Of a stretch of DNA of 64,000 bases, positions 43,283 to 52,900 are shown piece by piece. The translations under genes and the position numbers were made by a program. The first letter of the stretch is position 1. Every line of letters begins with the position of its first letter. The DNA comes from Myxococcota bacterium (GTDB lineage Bacteria; Myxococcota_A; Polyangia; Palsa-1104; JAEUJZ01), in NCBI GenBank assembly GCA_025057315.1, contig JANWXW010000048.1:93140-157139 (forward strand), read 5' to 3'. The notes beneath the pieces were generated by a model. It was not told the DNA's origin, made no database searches, and saw only the letters and a list, made by a program, of their open reading frames with translations.

Positions 43283-44113
43283 ATGGACCGATTGATCCTG
43301 ACCTTGGTGGGCTTGCTGCTGGGGCCGGTAGCGCTGGCTGCCGCGCCCGACCTGGCCCCGGCGAATCCATCCATCCCTGGCGTCGACACCAGCCAGATGA
43401 CGCCCTCAGAGAAGGCAACGCTGGTTAGGCTGGCGGAGAAGTTTCCATCGGGCTGCGGCAAGCCGCACTCGCTGCTTGTGTCGCTGCGCACAGACCCTGG
43501 TTGCCGTCGCTCTCAGATGGCGATCCAGACCCTGCGCAAGTGGCTCTTGGATGGCTTCCTGCCCAGCGAGGTGGAGGAGCGCTACGAGGCGCGCTACCTG
43601 TCAAAACCTTACGACATTGATATTACGGGCGCGCCGGTGCGCGGCGACCCGAAGGCACCGGTGGCGTTGGTGGAGTTTTCGGACTTCGAGTGTCCACACT
43701 GCAAAATGGCCGGGCCTCATCTCAAGCGCCTGCTGGCCGAGCAGCCGAAAGTGAAGCTGGTGTTCTTCAACTTCCCCCTGGGCGCTCACCCCAACGCGGC
43801 TCTGGCTGCCGCTGCGGCCATTGCGGCAGGCAAGCAAGGCAAGTTTTGGGCCTACCACGACAAGCTGTTCGAGAACCAGGGGCGGCTGTCGCCAGCGGAG
43901 TTTACGCGCATTGCCCAGGAGCTGAAGCTAGACATTCCGCGCTTTCTAGCCGACATGGAGGGAGCCAAGGTGCGCGTTGCACGCGAGCGCGCCCTGGGCG
44001 ACAAGCTCGAAATCTCTGGCACGCCGGCCTTCTTCATCAACGGCCGCCGCTACACGGACAGGGTGGATTACGAGACGCTGCGGGCCTGGGTGGAGGAAGA
44101 ACTGGCGCGATGA
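43283..44113 (+). CDS. DsbA-family thiol:disulfide oxidoreductase (exported)
   Basis: Signal peptide, then thioredoxin fold with CPHC (EFSDFECPHCK) and the DsbA-like helical insert. Confidence 0.85.
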   Translation: MDRLILTLVGLLLGPVALAAAPDLAPANPSIPGVDTSQMTPSEKATLVRLAEKFPSGCGKPHSLLVSLRTDPGCRRSQMAIQTLRKWLLDGFLPSEVEERYEARYLSKPYDIDITGAPVRGDPKAPVALVEFSDFECPHCKMAGPHLKRLLAEQPKVKLVFFNFPLGAHPNAALAAAAAIAAGKQGKFWAYHDKLFENQGRLSPAEFTRIAQELKLDIPRFLADMEGAKVRVARERALGDKLEISGTPAFFINGRRYTDRVDYETLRAWVEEELAR

Positions 44114-44595
44114 GGACCGGGGTTCTCCTTGCCGTGCTGCTGCTGGGCGTTGTGCCCGCCTGGGCCGGGCAGCAGCGGGGCCGGCCAGCGGCGGACTTCG
44201 TGCTGCCGGATGGCGCTGGCCAGACCGTGCGCCTCTCCTCGCTGCGGGGCACGGTGGTGGTGATCGACTTCTGGGCCAGCTGGTGCGAGCCGTGTATGCG
44301 AGAACTGCCGGAGCTGGATCGGCTGCAGAAGGAGTTCGCCGGCAAGGTCGTGGTGCTGCCCGTGAGCATCGACAAGGAGCGCAGCGAGGCCCTGGCCACG
44401 GCGCGCAGGCTACGCCTGGGCCTGCGCGTGCTCCTAGACACCGATGGGAGGGTGGTGGCGCTGTACGACCCACCCCGGATGCCGACCTCGTACGTGGTAG
44501 ACCGCCAGGGTGTGGTACGCTATATGCACGAAGGCTTTGACGGCCCCCGGGACATCGCCCGGCTGCGGCGGGAACTGGAGGAGCTCACACGCTAG
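44110..44595 (+). CDS. TlpA/ResA-like periplasmic thioredoxin (redoxin family)
   Basis: The ATG at 44110 overlaps the dsbA-like stop (ATGA). Signal peptide, then WCEPC active site (VIDFWASWCEPCMRELPEL). Confidence 0.85.
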   Translation: MRTGVLLAVLLLGVVPAWAGQQRGRPAADFVLPDGAGQTVRLSSLRGTVVVIDFWASWCEPCMRELPELDRLQKEFAGKVVVLPVSIDKERSEALATARRLRLGLRVLLDTDGRVVALYDPPRMPTSYVVDRQGVVRYMHEGFDGPRDIARLRRELEELTR

Positions 44596-45007
44596 GCCGC
44601 CTGGTCGGCTTGTCCTTGCGGTTCTTGTCGCGCTCCGGGCTGCCGCCGTCGTCTACCTCAACAAACAGGCCATACAAGAGCCCAATGACCGGGGCCAGGA
44701 TGCCAGCGCCCCGCAGGCCCACCTGGCCCGGCAGCCCCTCTACCGTAATCTGGAGGGGGGGCAGAAAGCGGCTGCCCAGCGCAAACAAGCCTGCACCCAC
44801 GATCATCCCGAAGACCATCTTGAGCACCGGCGTCCAGATGGTGTCGGCTTTCCATGGTGCGCGGCCGCAGATAAGGCCCACCACGGCCCCCGTGGCGGCG
44901 CAGCCGAGGTAGCCATACATGCCCTCGGTGCGGCCTAGCCGAAGCAGGATATAGCCGACCAGGGCGCCAACGACGAGGCCGAGCAGGACCTTCAGTGCAC
45001 GGCCCAT
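44585..45007 (-). CDS. Small integral membrane protein (GlsB/YeaQ/YmgE-like, Gly-rich TM helices)
   Basis: Trimmed to the ATG at 45007, preceded by GGAGG. Three to four Gly-rich hydrophobic helices. Confidence 0.6.
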   Translation of the reverse strand: MGRALKVLLGLVVGALVGYILLRLGRTEGMYGYLGCAATGAVVGLICGRAPWKADTIWTPVLKMVFGMIVGAGLFALGSRFLPPLQITVEGLPGQVGLRGAGILAPVIGLLYGLFVEVDDGGSPERDKNRKDKPTRRPSV

Positions 45008-45101
45008 GAGCAACCTCCAGGCAAGGGAGCCAAGCAAAGCATTATATTAAGATTATACTGCACACAGCTCTTGTGGCTACCCTCGGCCTCATGGATTCGT
45101 C

Positions 45102-46574
45102 CTATCGCGAAGCCACCTCTCGGCCCTCCAACTGCCCAAGCAGCAGGCCAAGGGCAACCCGCTGCTCGGGCGGCAGGGTCGGGCCGCGCGGCGCCGCGAG
45201 TCGGAGGGGATCCACCGCCCGGCCCCCCACACGGACGCTCAGCAGCAGGTACGCCCGCCCGCGCTCACCCGGACCCACATAGCCAATGACCTGCCCGGCG
45301 CGCACGGTCTGTCCTTCCGTGAGGCCCCGGGCCAGACGCCCCAGCCGGCTGTAGCTGGTTTCGGCACCGCTGCCGTGAGACAGCACCACAGCCAGCTCAG
45401 GTGCGCGGCCAGAACGGGACTGGACCCGTCCGGTGGCCAGGGCCCGCACCGGCGTTCCAGGCGGGGCCGGATACTCCACGCCGACCACGCGGCGATGGGC
45501 GAGGCGCAAGACCGGGCGTTCCTGCACGGGGCGAAGCGAGCGCAAGGGCGAGTGCAGCCAGCTGCGGCGCAGGTCTTCCCCCTCCGCCGAGTAGTAGGCC
45601 GGTGGCTGTCCGGGCGCAGCGTGGCGCACGGCCACCAGAACGCCCAGGGCACCCTCGTAGCGAGCGGCCAGGATGGCCCCGTAACGATAAAAGTGGCTGC
45701 CACGGTAGATTTTCTCCACCAGGACATGAAAGCGGTCGTCCGGCCGTCCGGCAGCCACAAGGTCCACATCGTAGGCGAACACCTCGGCCAGCAGGCCCGC
45801 CAGGGGCCGTCCCTCGCCGGCGCGCACCACGGCTTCGTACAGCCCCCCCTCCTTCGGCAGCACCCCAGAGACGGCCACCACGCGGGTCACCACGGGACCC
45901 TCCAGCCGCTCGCGGCTCCAGTGGGTGCGGCTGCCGGCGACGGTGCGCTCCAGTCGGTAGCCCAGGCCCTCGTCCCGTTCGAAGTCAATGGCTTGCAGCC
46001 GGTTCTCTAGATCGTAGTAGAAGACCAGACGCTGTCCGCGCCGAAGGTGCCCGCCGGATATCTCCGCGAGCACGGCATGCACGGATTCGGCCTCCAGGTC
46101 CGTCAGCCCTTGGCGCTGCAGGACCTCGCTGAGAGGTTCCTCGCCCTCAGAGGCGACCTCGACCACGCGCAGGTACTCGTCGCGCAGGCCGCTCTGTACC
46201 CCGGCCCGGCGCATGGGCAGCCTCGGCGGCGTGCCGGGAGGCCCGTCCAGGCCGGGCACCAGAGAGGCCTGGCGGCCGATCTGAGCGGCCCGCAGCAACG
46301 CCGGTACCGACGTACCGCTGCGGAAGTAAAGAACATACAGATTGATGCCGATGAGCACGCTGGCCACCAGAAGCAGCCGCAGGGCGTCACCGAGCTGGCG
46401 GCGCAAGCGGTCGCTCCCCTCGCGTCGTGAGGGGAGGCCCAGGCGGGGTCCCATCCACAGCCGGGACGGCCTGGCCATGGGCCTGCAGGCTAGAACCGGC
46501 TGCCATCCTCGGCGCAGCCGAAACGCCGAGAGGAAAGGAAGGCCAGCCCTGATGGACCAAAGTCGCTGCGGCAT
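45102..46574 (-). CDS. Membrane-anchored LytM (peptidase M23) domain protein, catalytic residues apparently degenerate
   Basis: One TM segment (LRLLLVASVLIGINLYVLYF). C-terminal M23 fold (VGVEYPAPPGTPVRALATGRV...LSHGSGAETSYSRLG...VRAGQVIGYVG) in which the second His-x-His motif is replaced by LLLSVRV. Start codon uncertain. Confidence 0.7.
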   Translation of the reverse strand: MPQRLWSIRAGLPFLSAFRLRRGWQPVLACRPMARPSRLWMGPRLGLPSRREGSDRLRRQLGDALRLLLVASVLIGINLYVLYFRSGTSVPALLRAAQIGRQASLVPGLDGPPGTPPRLPMRRAGVQSGLRDEYLRVVEVASEGEEPLSEVLQRQGLTDLEAESVHAVLAEISGGHLRRGQRLVFYYDLENRLQAIDFERDEGLGYRLERTVAGSRTHWSRERLEGPVVTRVVAVSGVLPKEGGLYEAVVRAGEGRPLAGLLAEVFAYDVDLVAAGRPDDRFHVLVEKIYRGSHFYRYGAILAARYEGALGVLVAVRHAAPGQPPAYYSAEGEDLRRSWLHSPLRSLRPVQERPVLRLAHRRVVGVEYPAPPGTPVRALATGRVQSRSGRAPELAVVLSHGSGAETSYSRLGRLARGLTEGQTVRAGQVIGYVGPGERGRAYLLLSVRVGGRAVDPLRLAAPRGPTLPPEQRVALGLLLGQLEGREVASR

Positions 46575-46665
46575 CGCCGGGTAACTTCCCCGACTACCAT
46601 GCCGCGCAGATGCTGTGAAATTTTTCTCCTGGTTTCGACGGAGTGGGCAGAATCAGCGCACGCGC

Positions 46666-47634
46666 TTACTGACCCTCTGGCGGGAGGCGGCACAGGGCGG
46701 CGGCGATCTCAGCCGCCACGCGGGCGTTGTTCAGCAGGAGCGCCTGGTTGGCACGCACACTCTGACGACCTGTCTCCCGCGCCACGGCGGCCAGCAAAAA
46801 GGGCGTGAGCTGCTTGCCGTGCAGCCGGCTTTCGGCCGCAGCCCGAAGCGCTGCTGCCAGGGCTCGCTCGAAGTCGTCCGGCTCCAGGGCATCTGCTTCG
46901 GGGATGGGGTTGGCAATGAGCACCCCGCGGCCCGTGCCAAGCGAGAAGTGGGCCGCCAGCAGCGCGGCGGCTTCTGCAGGGGTCTCGACGCGGTGCTCCA
47001 GAGGCAGGCCGCTCTGGTTTGTATAGAAAGCCGGCAACTCGCTGGTGCGGTATCCAATGACCGGCACGGCCAGCGTCTCCAGATACTCCAGGGTCCGGCG
47101 TAGATCTAGGATCGCCTTGGCCCCGGCCGACACCACGGCCACAGGCTCGCGGGCCAGCGTTGTCAGATCGCTCGACACGTCGCTGGGGTCGCCCCGGTGC
47201 ACCCCACCGATGCCTCCGGTGGCGAACAGGCGGATGCCGGCGCGTGCTGCAGCATACAGGGTCGCCGAGACGGTGGTTGCCCCATCGCCGCCGGCAGCAA
47301 TAAGGGGGCCTAGGTCAGCCACGGTGGCCTTGACAAAGCGCCCGCGGGCCACCTGCTCCAGGGTCGCTGCCTCCAGACCCACCCGGAGCCGCCCACCGAC
47401 CACCGCCACGGTTGCCGGCACGGCGCCCGCCATGCGAATGACCTCCTCGGCGCGACGAGCCACTTCCAGGCCATCAGGCCACGGCAGGCCATGCGCCAGC
47501 ACGGTGGACTCCAGCGCCACCACTGGGCGGCCTTCCCGCACCGCCACCTGGACCTCTTCGGCCACCTCCAGGAACGGGGGCGGGGGCTCGGGGGCCCCCT
47601 GGCGAGCTTGTGGGTTCATGGGAGATGGAGCCAT
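46666..47634 (-). CDS. psuG: Pseudouridine-5'-phosphate glycosidase
   Basis: Full-length match to the PsuG/IndA family (VVALESTVLAHGLP..., GGIGGVHRG). Confidence 0.85.
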   Translation of the reverse strand: MAPSPMNPQARQGAPEPPPPFLEVAEEVQVAVREGRPVVALESTVLAHGLPWPDGLEVARRAEEVIRMAGAVPATVAVVGGRLRVGLEAATLEQVARGRFVKATVADLGPLIAAGGDGATTVSATLYAAARAGIRLFATGGIGGVHRGDPSDVSSDLTTLAREPVAVVSAGAKAILDLRRTLEYLETLAVPVIGYRTSELPAFYTNQSGLPLEHRVETPAEAAALLAAHFSLGTGRGVLIANPIPEADALEPDDFERALAAALRAAAESRLHGKQLTPFLLAAVARETGRQSVRANQALLLNNARVAAEIAAALCRLPPEGQ

Positions 47635-48527
47635 CAGTTTTTCTCCTTTGGGCCGATTTCATCCAGGAGGCGCAGCAGCACCTCCCCTTCCACCAGATAC
47701 ACTTCATTACAATAGTTGCATGTGACCTCCGCCTTCCCCTCGGCAGCCATCTCGGACAGGTCCAATGCCGACAGGGTACGCAGCATGCCCTCCACCCGGT
47801 CGCGGCTGCACCGGCAGCGGAACCTGAGCGGACGCGAGCCGAGCACCTCGAACTCCAGGCCAGGCAAGAGCGCCCCCGCGATCGCTTCCGCGCTGACCGC
47901 CGGCTGAGCGGCCAGCAAGTCATAGAGCACGCCGGTGCGTAGGCCGTGCTGTGCCTCGCGGATGCGGTCCACATTGCCGCCAGGCAGCACCTGGGCCAGA
48001 AACCCACCGGCAGCGCGCACCTGTCCTGCGGAGTCGAGCACAACCTCGCAGCCAAGCGCCGAGGGAATCTGTTCTGACTCGCGCAGGTAGGCCTCGATGT
48101 CCTCATCCACCTCCCCTGTGCCCAGGCGCACCTGCCCCTGATACCGGTCTCGCAGACCGATGTCCCGGGTCACGTGGACCACGCCCTCCCGCCCCAGCAG
48201 TCCCTGCAGGCGCTGCCGCCGGTCCATCAAGCGCCCCGCCCAGGCCCGCGGCTGGTGGGCATAGCCACGCACATCACCGTCGTCGTAGGCGTCCACTGTG
48301 AGCCCCCCCAGCGGTCCGTCCCCCTGGAGCTGGATTGTGACCCGTTCCCCACCGGTGGTCAGCGTCGAGAGCAGGAGGCCTGCCGTCAGGCCCCGGCCGA
48401 GCGCACAGGTAACCGCCGGGGACGTCCTGTGCCGCCAGGCCGCCTCCGCACACAGCCCACCTGTGGTGGCCGCCACGATGCGGATGGCCAGCGGGCGACA
48501 CAGGGCCCTGATAAGCAGGTCGGACAT
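47634..48527 (-). CDS. hslO: Redox-regulated chaperone Hsp33
   Basis: C-terminal zinc centre CRCSRDRV...CNYCNEVY, with the Hsp33 N-terminal domain before it. The stop overlaps the psuG start (TGATG). The upstream part of the 474-aa track ORF is junk. Confidence 0.9.
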   Translation of the reverse strand: MSDLLIRALCRPLAIRIVAATTGGLCAEAAWRHRTSPAVTCALGRGLTAGLLLSTLTTGGERVTIQLQGDGPLGGLTVDAYDDGDVRGYAHQPRAWAGRLMDRRQRLQGLLGREGVVHVTRDIGLRDRYQGQVRLGTGEVDEDIEAYLRESEQIPSALGCEVVLDSAGQVRAAGGFLAQVLPGGNVDRIREAQHGLRTGVLYDLLAAQPAVSAEAIAGALLPGLEFEVLGSRPLRFRCRCSRDRVEGMLRTLSALDLSEMAAEGKAEVTCNYCNEVYLVEGEVLLRLLDEIGPKEKN

Positions 48528-48604
48528 GCGGCGATCCAAACAATGGCACAAGAACTTGCACGCACCAGCGCAACCCAGCCCGCCTCTTAGCCGATATCTA
48601 CTAC

Positions 48605-49864
48605 ATGCACGCACCTGGAACCCATCTTTCTTCCTCCTCCCTGTCAAGCCGGTCGGTTGTTGGTGCCACCCCCCTGTTGTTCGAGCCGCGGCGGCGCGCT
48701 GGCTTCGTCCCTGTGCTGCGGTCCTCTGATGGACAGGAACGGCGACTCGACAGACCGCTGCGCGTGGGCAGCGCTGCAGACAACGACTGGGTCCTGTCCG
48801 ACCCCTTCGTCTCAGCCCACCATCTGATGCTGATTCCCGATGGAGACGTGGTGCGCCTGGCCGATCGGGGCTCCCGCAATGGGACCTTCGTAAACGGCGT
48901 CCGCGTCGAGCGTGCCGAGATTGGGGTCGGCGCCTGTGTGGTTCTGGGACGCACCCAGCTCCGCATCTGCAGCGCCGGTGGGACGACGCAGCTTCTGGGG
49001 AGCAGCGCGGCCATGGCGGCCGTGCGGGCCACCGTGGCTCGGCTGGGGCCGCTGCCACTGCCAGTGCTGGTGCTGGGCGAGAGCGGCACTGGCAAGGACC
49101 TGGTGGCGCGTGCCCTGCATGAGCACAGCGGACGGCGCGGCGCCTTTGTGGCCCTGAACTGCGGTGCGCTTCCGCGGGACCTCGTTGAGAGCGAGCTATT
49201 TGGGCACGAACGCGGCGCCTTCACCGGTGCACACCAACGCCGGCCGGGGTGTTTCGTCGAAGCCGACGGAGGCACCCTGTTCCTCGACGAGATTGGTGAG
49301 CTACCGCTGGAGTTGCAGCCGCGCCTTCTGCGCGTGTTGGAGGCGCGCGCTGTGCGCCCGGTGGGGGGCTCGCGCGAGGTGGCGGTGGATGTGCGCGTGG
49401 TGGCGGCCACCCACTGTGACCTCGAGCGGGCGGTGGCCGAGGGCCGCTTCCGGCAGGACCTGTACTATCGCCTCGCCGGTGCAGAGGTGAACCTGCCACC
49501 GCTGCGCGCGCGGCCAGAGGACATCGCCCAGCTGGTCCGCCATTTCCTTGATGAGCTCCAGCTCCCGGTGGAGATCGACGAGAAGGAGCTGGCCCGGTTA
49601 AGTCAGTACCCATGGCCGGGCAATGTGCGCCAGCTGCGCCACGCTGTGCAGCGTGCGGCGTATCTGAGTGGCCCCCGGCTGGTGGCCGAGGACATCCTGC
49701 CCCGGCCCACTGCTACCGGCGGACGACGACTGGCCGACCTGGAGCGCGCCGCCATCATGGAGGCACTGCGCCAGACTGGCAACAACCGCCGCGCCGCGGC
49801 GGCGCTGCTCGGACTCCCCAAGTCCACCCTGCACGACCGCTTGCGCCGCATGGGCCTGGGCTGA
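48605..49864 (+). CDS. Sigma-54-dependent transcriptional activator with N-terminal FHA domain (FHA / AAA+ / Fis-HTH)
   Basis: FHA core (RLDRPLRVGSAADNDWVL...SAHHLMLIPDGDVVRLADRGSRNGTFVNG). Walker A GESGTGKD. The sigma-54 contact motif GAFTGA. C-terminal HTH (NRRAAAALLGLPKSTL). Confidence 0.85.
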   Translation: MHAPGTHLSSSSLSSRSVVGATPLLFEPRRRAGFVPVLRSSDGQERRLDRPLRVGSAADNDWVLSDPFVSAHHLMLIPDGDVVRLADRGSRNGTFVNGVRVERAEIGVGACVVLGRTQLRICSAGGTTQLLGSSAAMAAVRATVARLGPLPLPVLVLGESGTGKDLVARALHEHSGRRGAFVALNCGALPRDLVESELFGHERGAFTGAHQRRPGCFVEADGGTLFLDEIGELPLELQPRLLRVLEARAVRPVGGSREVAVDVRVVAATHCDLERAVAEGRFRQDLYYRLAGAEVNLPPLRARPEDIAQLVRHFLDELQLPVEIDEKELARLSQYPWPGNVRQLRHAVQRAAYLSGPRLVAEDILPRPTATGGRRLADLERAAIMEALRQTGNNRRAAAALLGLPKSTLHDRLRRMGLG

Positions 49865-49994
49865 GGGAAGAGCACCAAAGCGTTCGCCCAGGGTTCGGCT
49901 CATGGGTCGACCCAGAACCCCGTCTGGACGTGCGCACTAGGGATACTGGGGATGGATGTAGCACCAGAGGATACGGAAGCAGAGGCGACCCCGC

Positions 49995-52900
49995 ATGCTA
50001 TATTTAGCAATCTACCACCCCATGACGGTCGCCTGCCCTCAGTGCTCCGCGCAGTATGAACTCCAGGCTTCGCTGATCCCGCCGGCTGGCATCCTGATGC
50101 GTTGTCCGTCCTGCCTTCACACGTTTCCCGTGAAGCCGGACGAAACCTCACTGGCCATCCTAGAGGACGAGTTCACTCCGCCCGGTGGTGTGACACCACC
50201 CCGGGCACCAGTCCCTGGCTCCGAGGCGGCCAGCGATCCGCAGCTGCCCTTCCCCAAGAGGGCTGCGCTGCGATCGGTCGGCGCGGCTTTCGACCCCGCC
50301 CCCCTCTCTGTCGAGGCGAGCGACCTGCCGGCTCCCAAGCCGCGGCCTGGCGAGCCGTCGCTGCCGTGGGCGGGCCAGGTGCTGCCCGAGCTGGCGGTCC
50401 TGGTCCCACCGCCTCCGCCGAGTGCACCAGCGGTGCTTCCTCCCGTGCTCGACCTCGGTGCCTCGGAGGGCGCATCGACCCCATGGGCAGACCTGCCAGC
50501 CCCCGTGGGCTCCCCACGCCGCGCAGCGGCAGACCTGCCAGCTCCCGTGGCACCTGACCTCCCAGCTCCCGTAGGCTCAGCTCGTCGCCCAGCGGCAGAC
50601 CTGCCAGCCCCCGTGGGCTCCCCACGCCGCGCAGCGGCAGACCTGCCAGCTCCCGTGGCACCTGACCTCCCAGCTCCCGTGGCACCTGACCTCCCAGCTC
50701 CCGTGGCACCTGACCTGCCCTCTCCCATCGTGGCAGAGCTGCCCCTGCCGGTAGAGCCTGAGCTGGTAGCGCCAGTTGAGGCACCGCTGCCAAAACCGGT
50801 CGGGGAGACCGCTAGGGAGTCGGCAGAGCTGGCGAATCTGCAACACCCCGGCACGACGGCCCCGACCGAAGCCTCGACCCAAAGAGAAGAAATCTCCTCG
50901 CTGGAGGCATTTGACGAGGCGGTTGCAGACCTGCTGACCGAGCCTATCCCGGCCGATGCGCTGGCCCCGGAGCCGAAACAGGAGCGACAGGAGCGACCTG
51001 CGGCTGCTGCCCGGCCGGCGTGGTCGCGCCGTCGCATCCTCGCCATCGTCGGAGGGTCTCTCGCTCTGCTGGTTGTAGGGGGTGGCGGTACCGCGTGGTA
51101 CCTGCTCCACGGGCGGCGCCCTGCCGAAGCTCAAGCATTGGTGGACCAGGCCTGTGTCCTGCTTGGCGACGATCTGTACCTGTCCTTCCGCAAGGCAGCC
51201 GAGCAGCTCAGCAAGGCGCAGGCATTGCATGCCAACGACAGGGAAATCGTGGGTTTGCTGGCGCAGGCCTATCTGGGTGCTGCCCGTGCCGGCGGCTTGA
51301 GTGAGGTCCAGCAGGCAGACGAGGTGCTGCGGAGACTCCAGCCACGGGATCAGGGAAACCCCGAGGTCGCCAAAGCCCGTGCCCTACGCGATCTGCTCGC
51401 CGGAAGGGTCGATGATGCCCGTCGCACCCTGGCGCCCCTGGCAAGCAAGAACGACCCCCGGGCCGCGGTCTACCTAGGCTGGGTCGAGTTGCAAGCCGGC
51501 AAGTTGTCAGCGGCCGAACAGGCCTTCCGGGAGGCCCTGGCGCGGGACGACAAGTTGCCTGCCGCCCATCTAGGCATCGGCCAGGTGCGCCAGCGCCAGG
51601 GAGACCGACCGGGTGCGATGGCGGCCTACGACCAAGTGCTACAGAGGCGGCCCACGCACTTTACTGCGGCTGTCGCAAAAATCCAGCTCTCCGACGATCC
51701 TGCTGCGGAGAGCCGGCTCCTGGAGACGGTGGCCAAGCTCCAGGCATCGGCCTCTCCCAGAGAGCTGGCCGAGATCTACACGCTGCTCGGCACCCAAGCA
51801 CTGGCTCAGTCGCGCCGCAAGGACGCGGAGGAGCGGCTGCGCAAGGCCCTGGCTGCCGCGCCGTCGTTTGTGCCGGCCCAGGTAGCGCTGGCGGGGCTGC
51901 TGTGCGAGCAGGACAAGACCGACGAGGCCTATGCGCTGTCACGGCGGGCGGTCGCTGCCGAGCCGAAGAACGTGGAAGCGTGGCTGGTGCTGGTGCGGGT
52001 GCTCTTGCAGCAGAAGAAGCCGCTGGACGCGGGCCAGGCATTGCAAACGCTGGTCCAGCTGGCGCCCAAAGACGCGCGCGTGCTCTACTGGCAGGGGCGT
52101 CGTGAGGAGGCCGTGGCTGCGGCAGGCAGCGATGACAAGGCCGCGCAGTTCTACCAGAAAGCGGTGGAGGCCGACCCGCGGTACATCGATGCCTACATCG
52201 GGCTGTCCCGGGTGCTCACCCGCCAGGGACGGGCAACCGACGCGCTGGCCGCGCTGCGACAGGTCGCGGCCCAGGCCCAGGACGACCCCCAGCTGGCGGC
52301 GGCCCTGGGGGATGCCTACCTGGCTGGCGGAGACAGCGTGAAGGCCGAGGAGGCGCTGCGCCTGGCGCTGAGCCGGAAGCCGGACCTGCTCGCGGTGCGC
52401 ATGAGCCTAGCCCAGGCACTGGAGCAACAGGGGCGCCTAGCCGAGGCTGAACGGGAGCTGGCTACCGTGGCGGAGCTGAACAAGAGCTACCCCGGCCTGA
52501 GCGAGCGCCGGGCCCAGCTCTTGCTTCGCCAGGGCCGCTACGAGGAGGCAGAGGTCCAGTATTTGGAGGCGGCCGCTGCTCCGGGCGCAAGTCAGGCGCT
52601 TCGCTTGGATGCGGCCAGCTACAACCTGAAGAGCCACCCCGCGGAGGCGGAGGAGATCCTTCGGGCCGTGCTCAAGGAGGACCCGCGCTCCAGCCGAGCG
52701 CATACGCTCTTCGCCCTGCTGCGGCTCCAGCAGCAGGAGGTAGGCGAGGCAGCGTTGCACGCTGAACTGGCCACCAAGCTGAACGACTCGCCCGAGGCGC
52801 TGTTGGCGCGGGGCATGGTGCTTCTGGCCCAGGGCCGCCGCCTGGAGGCGCTGGACTCGCTGGCCAAGGCGCGCCGGCCCCCGGTGGAGGCAATGGCCAT

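Noticed and set aside
47634-49058. 474-aa minus ORF extending upstream of hslO
   Set aside because: Only the C-terminal 297 codons match Hsp33. The upstream part is Arg/Gly/Pro junk running into the divergent regulator gene.
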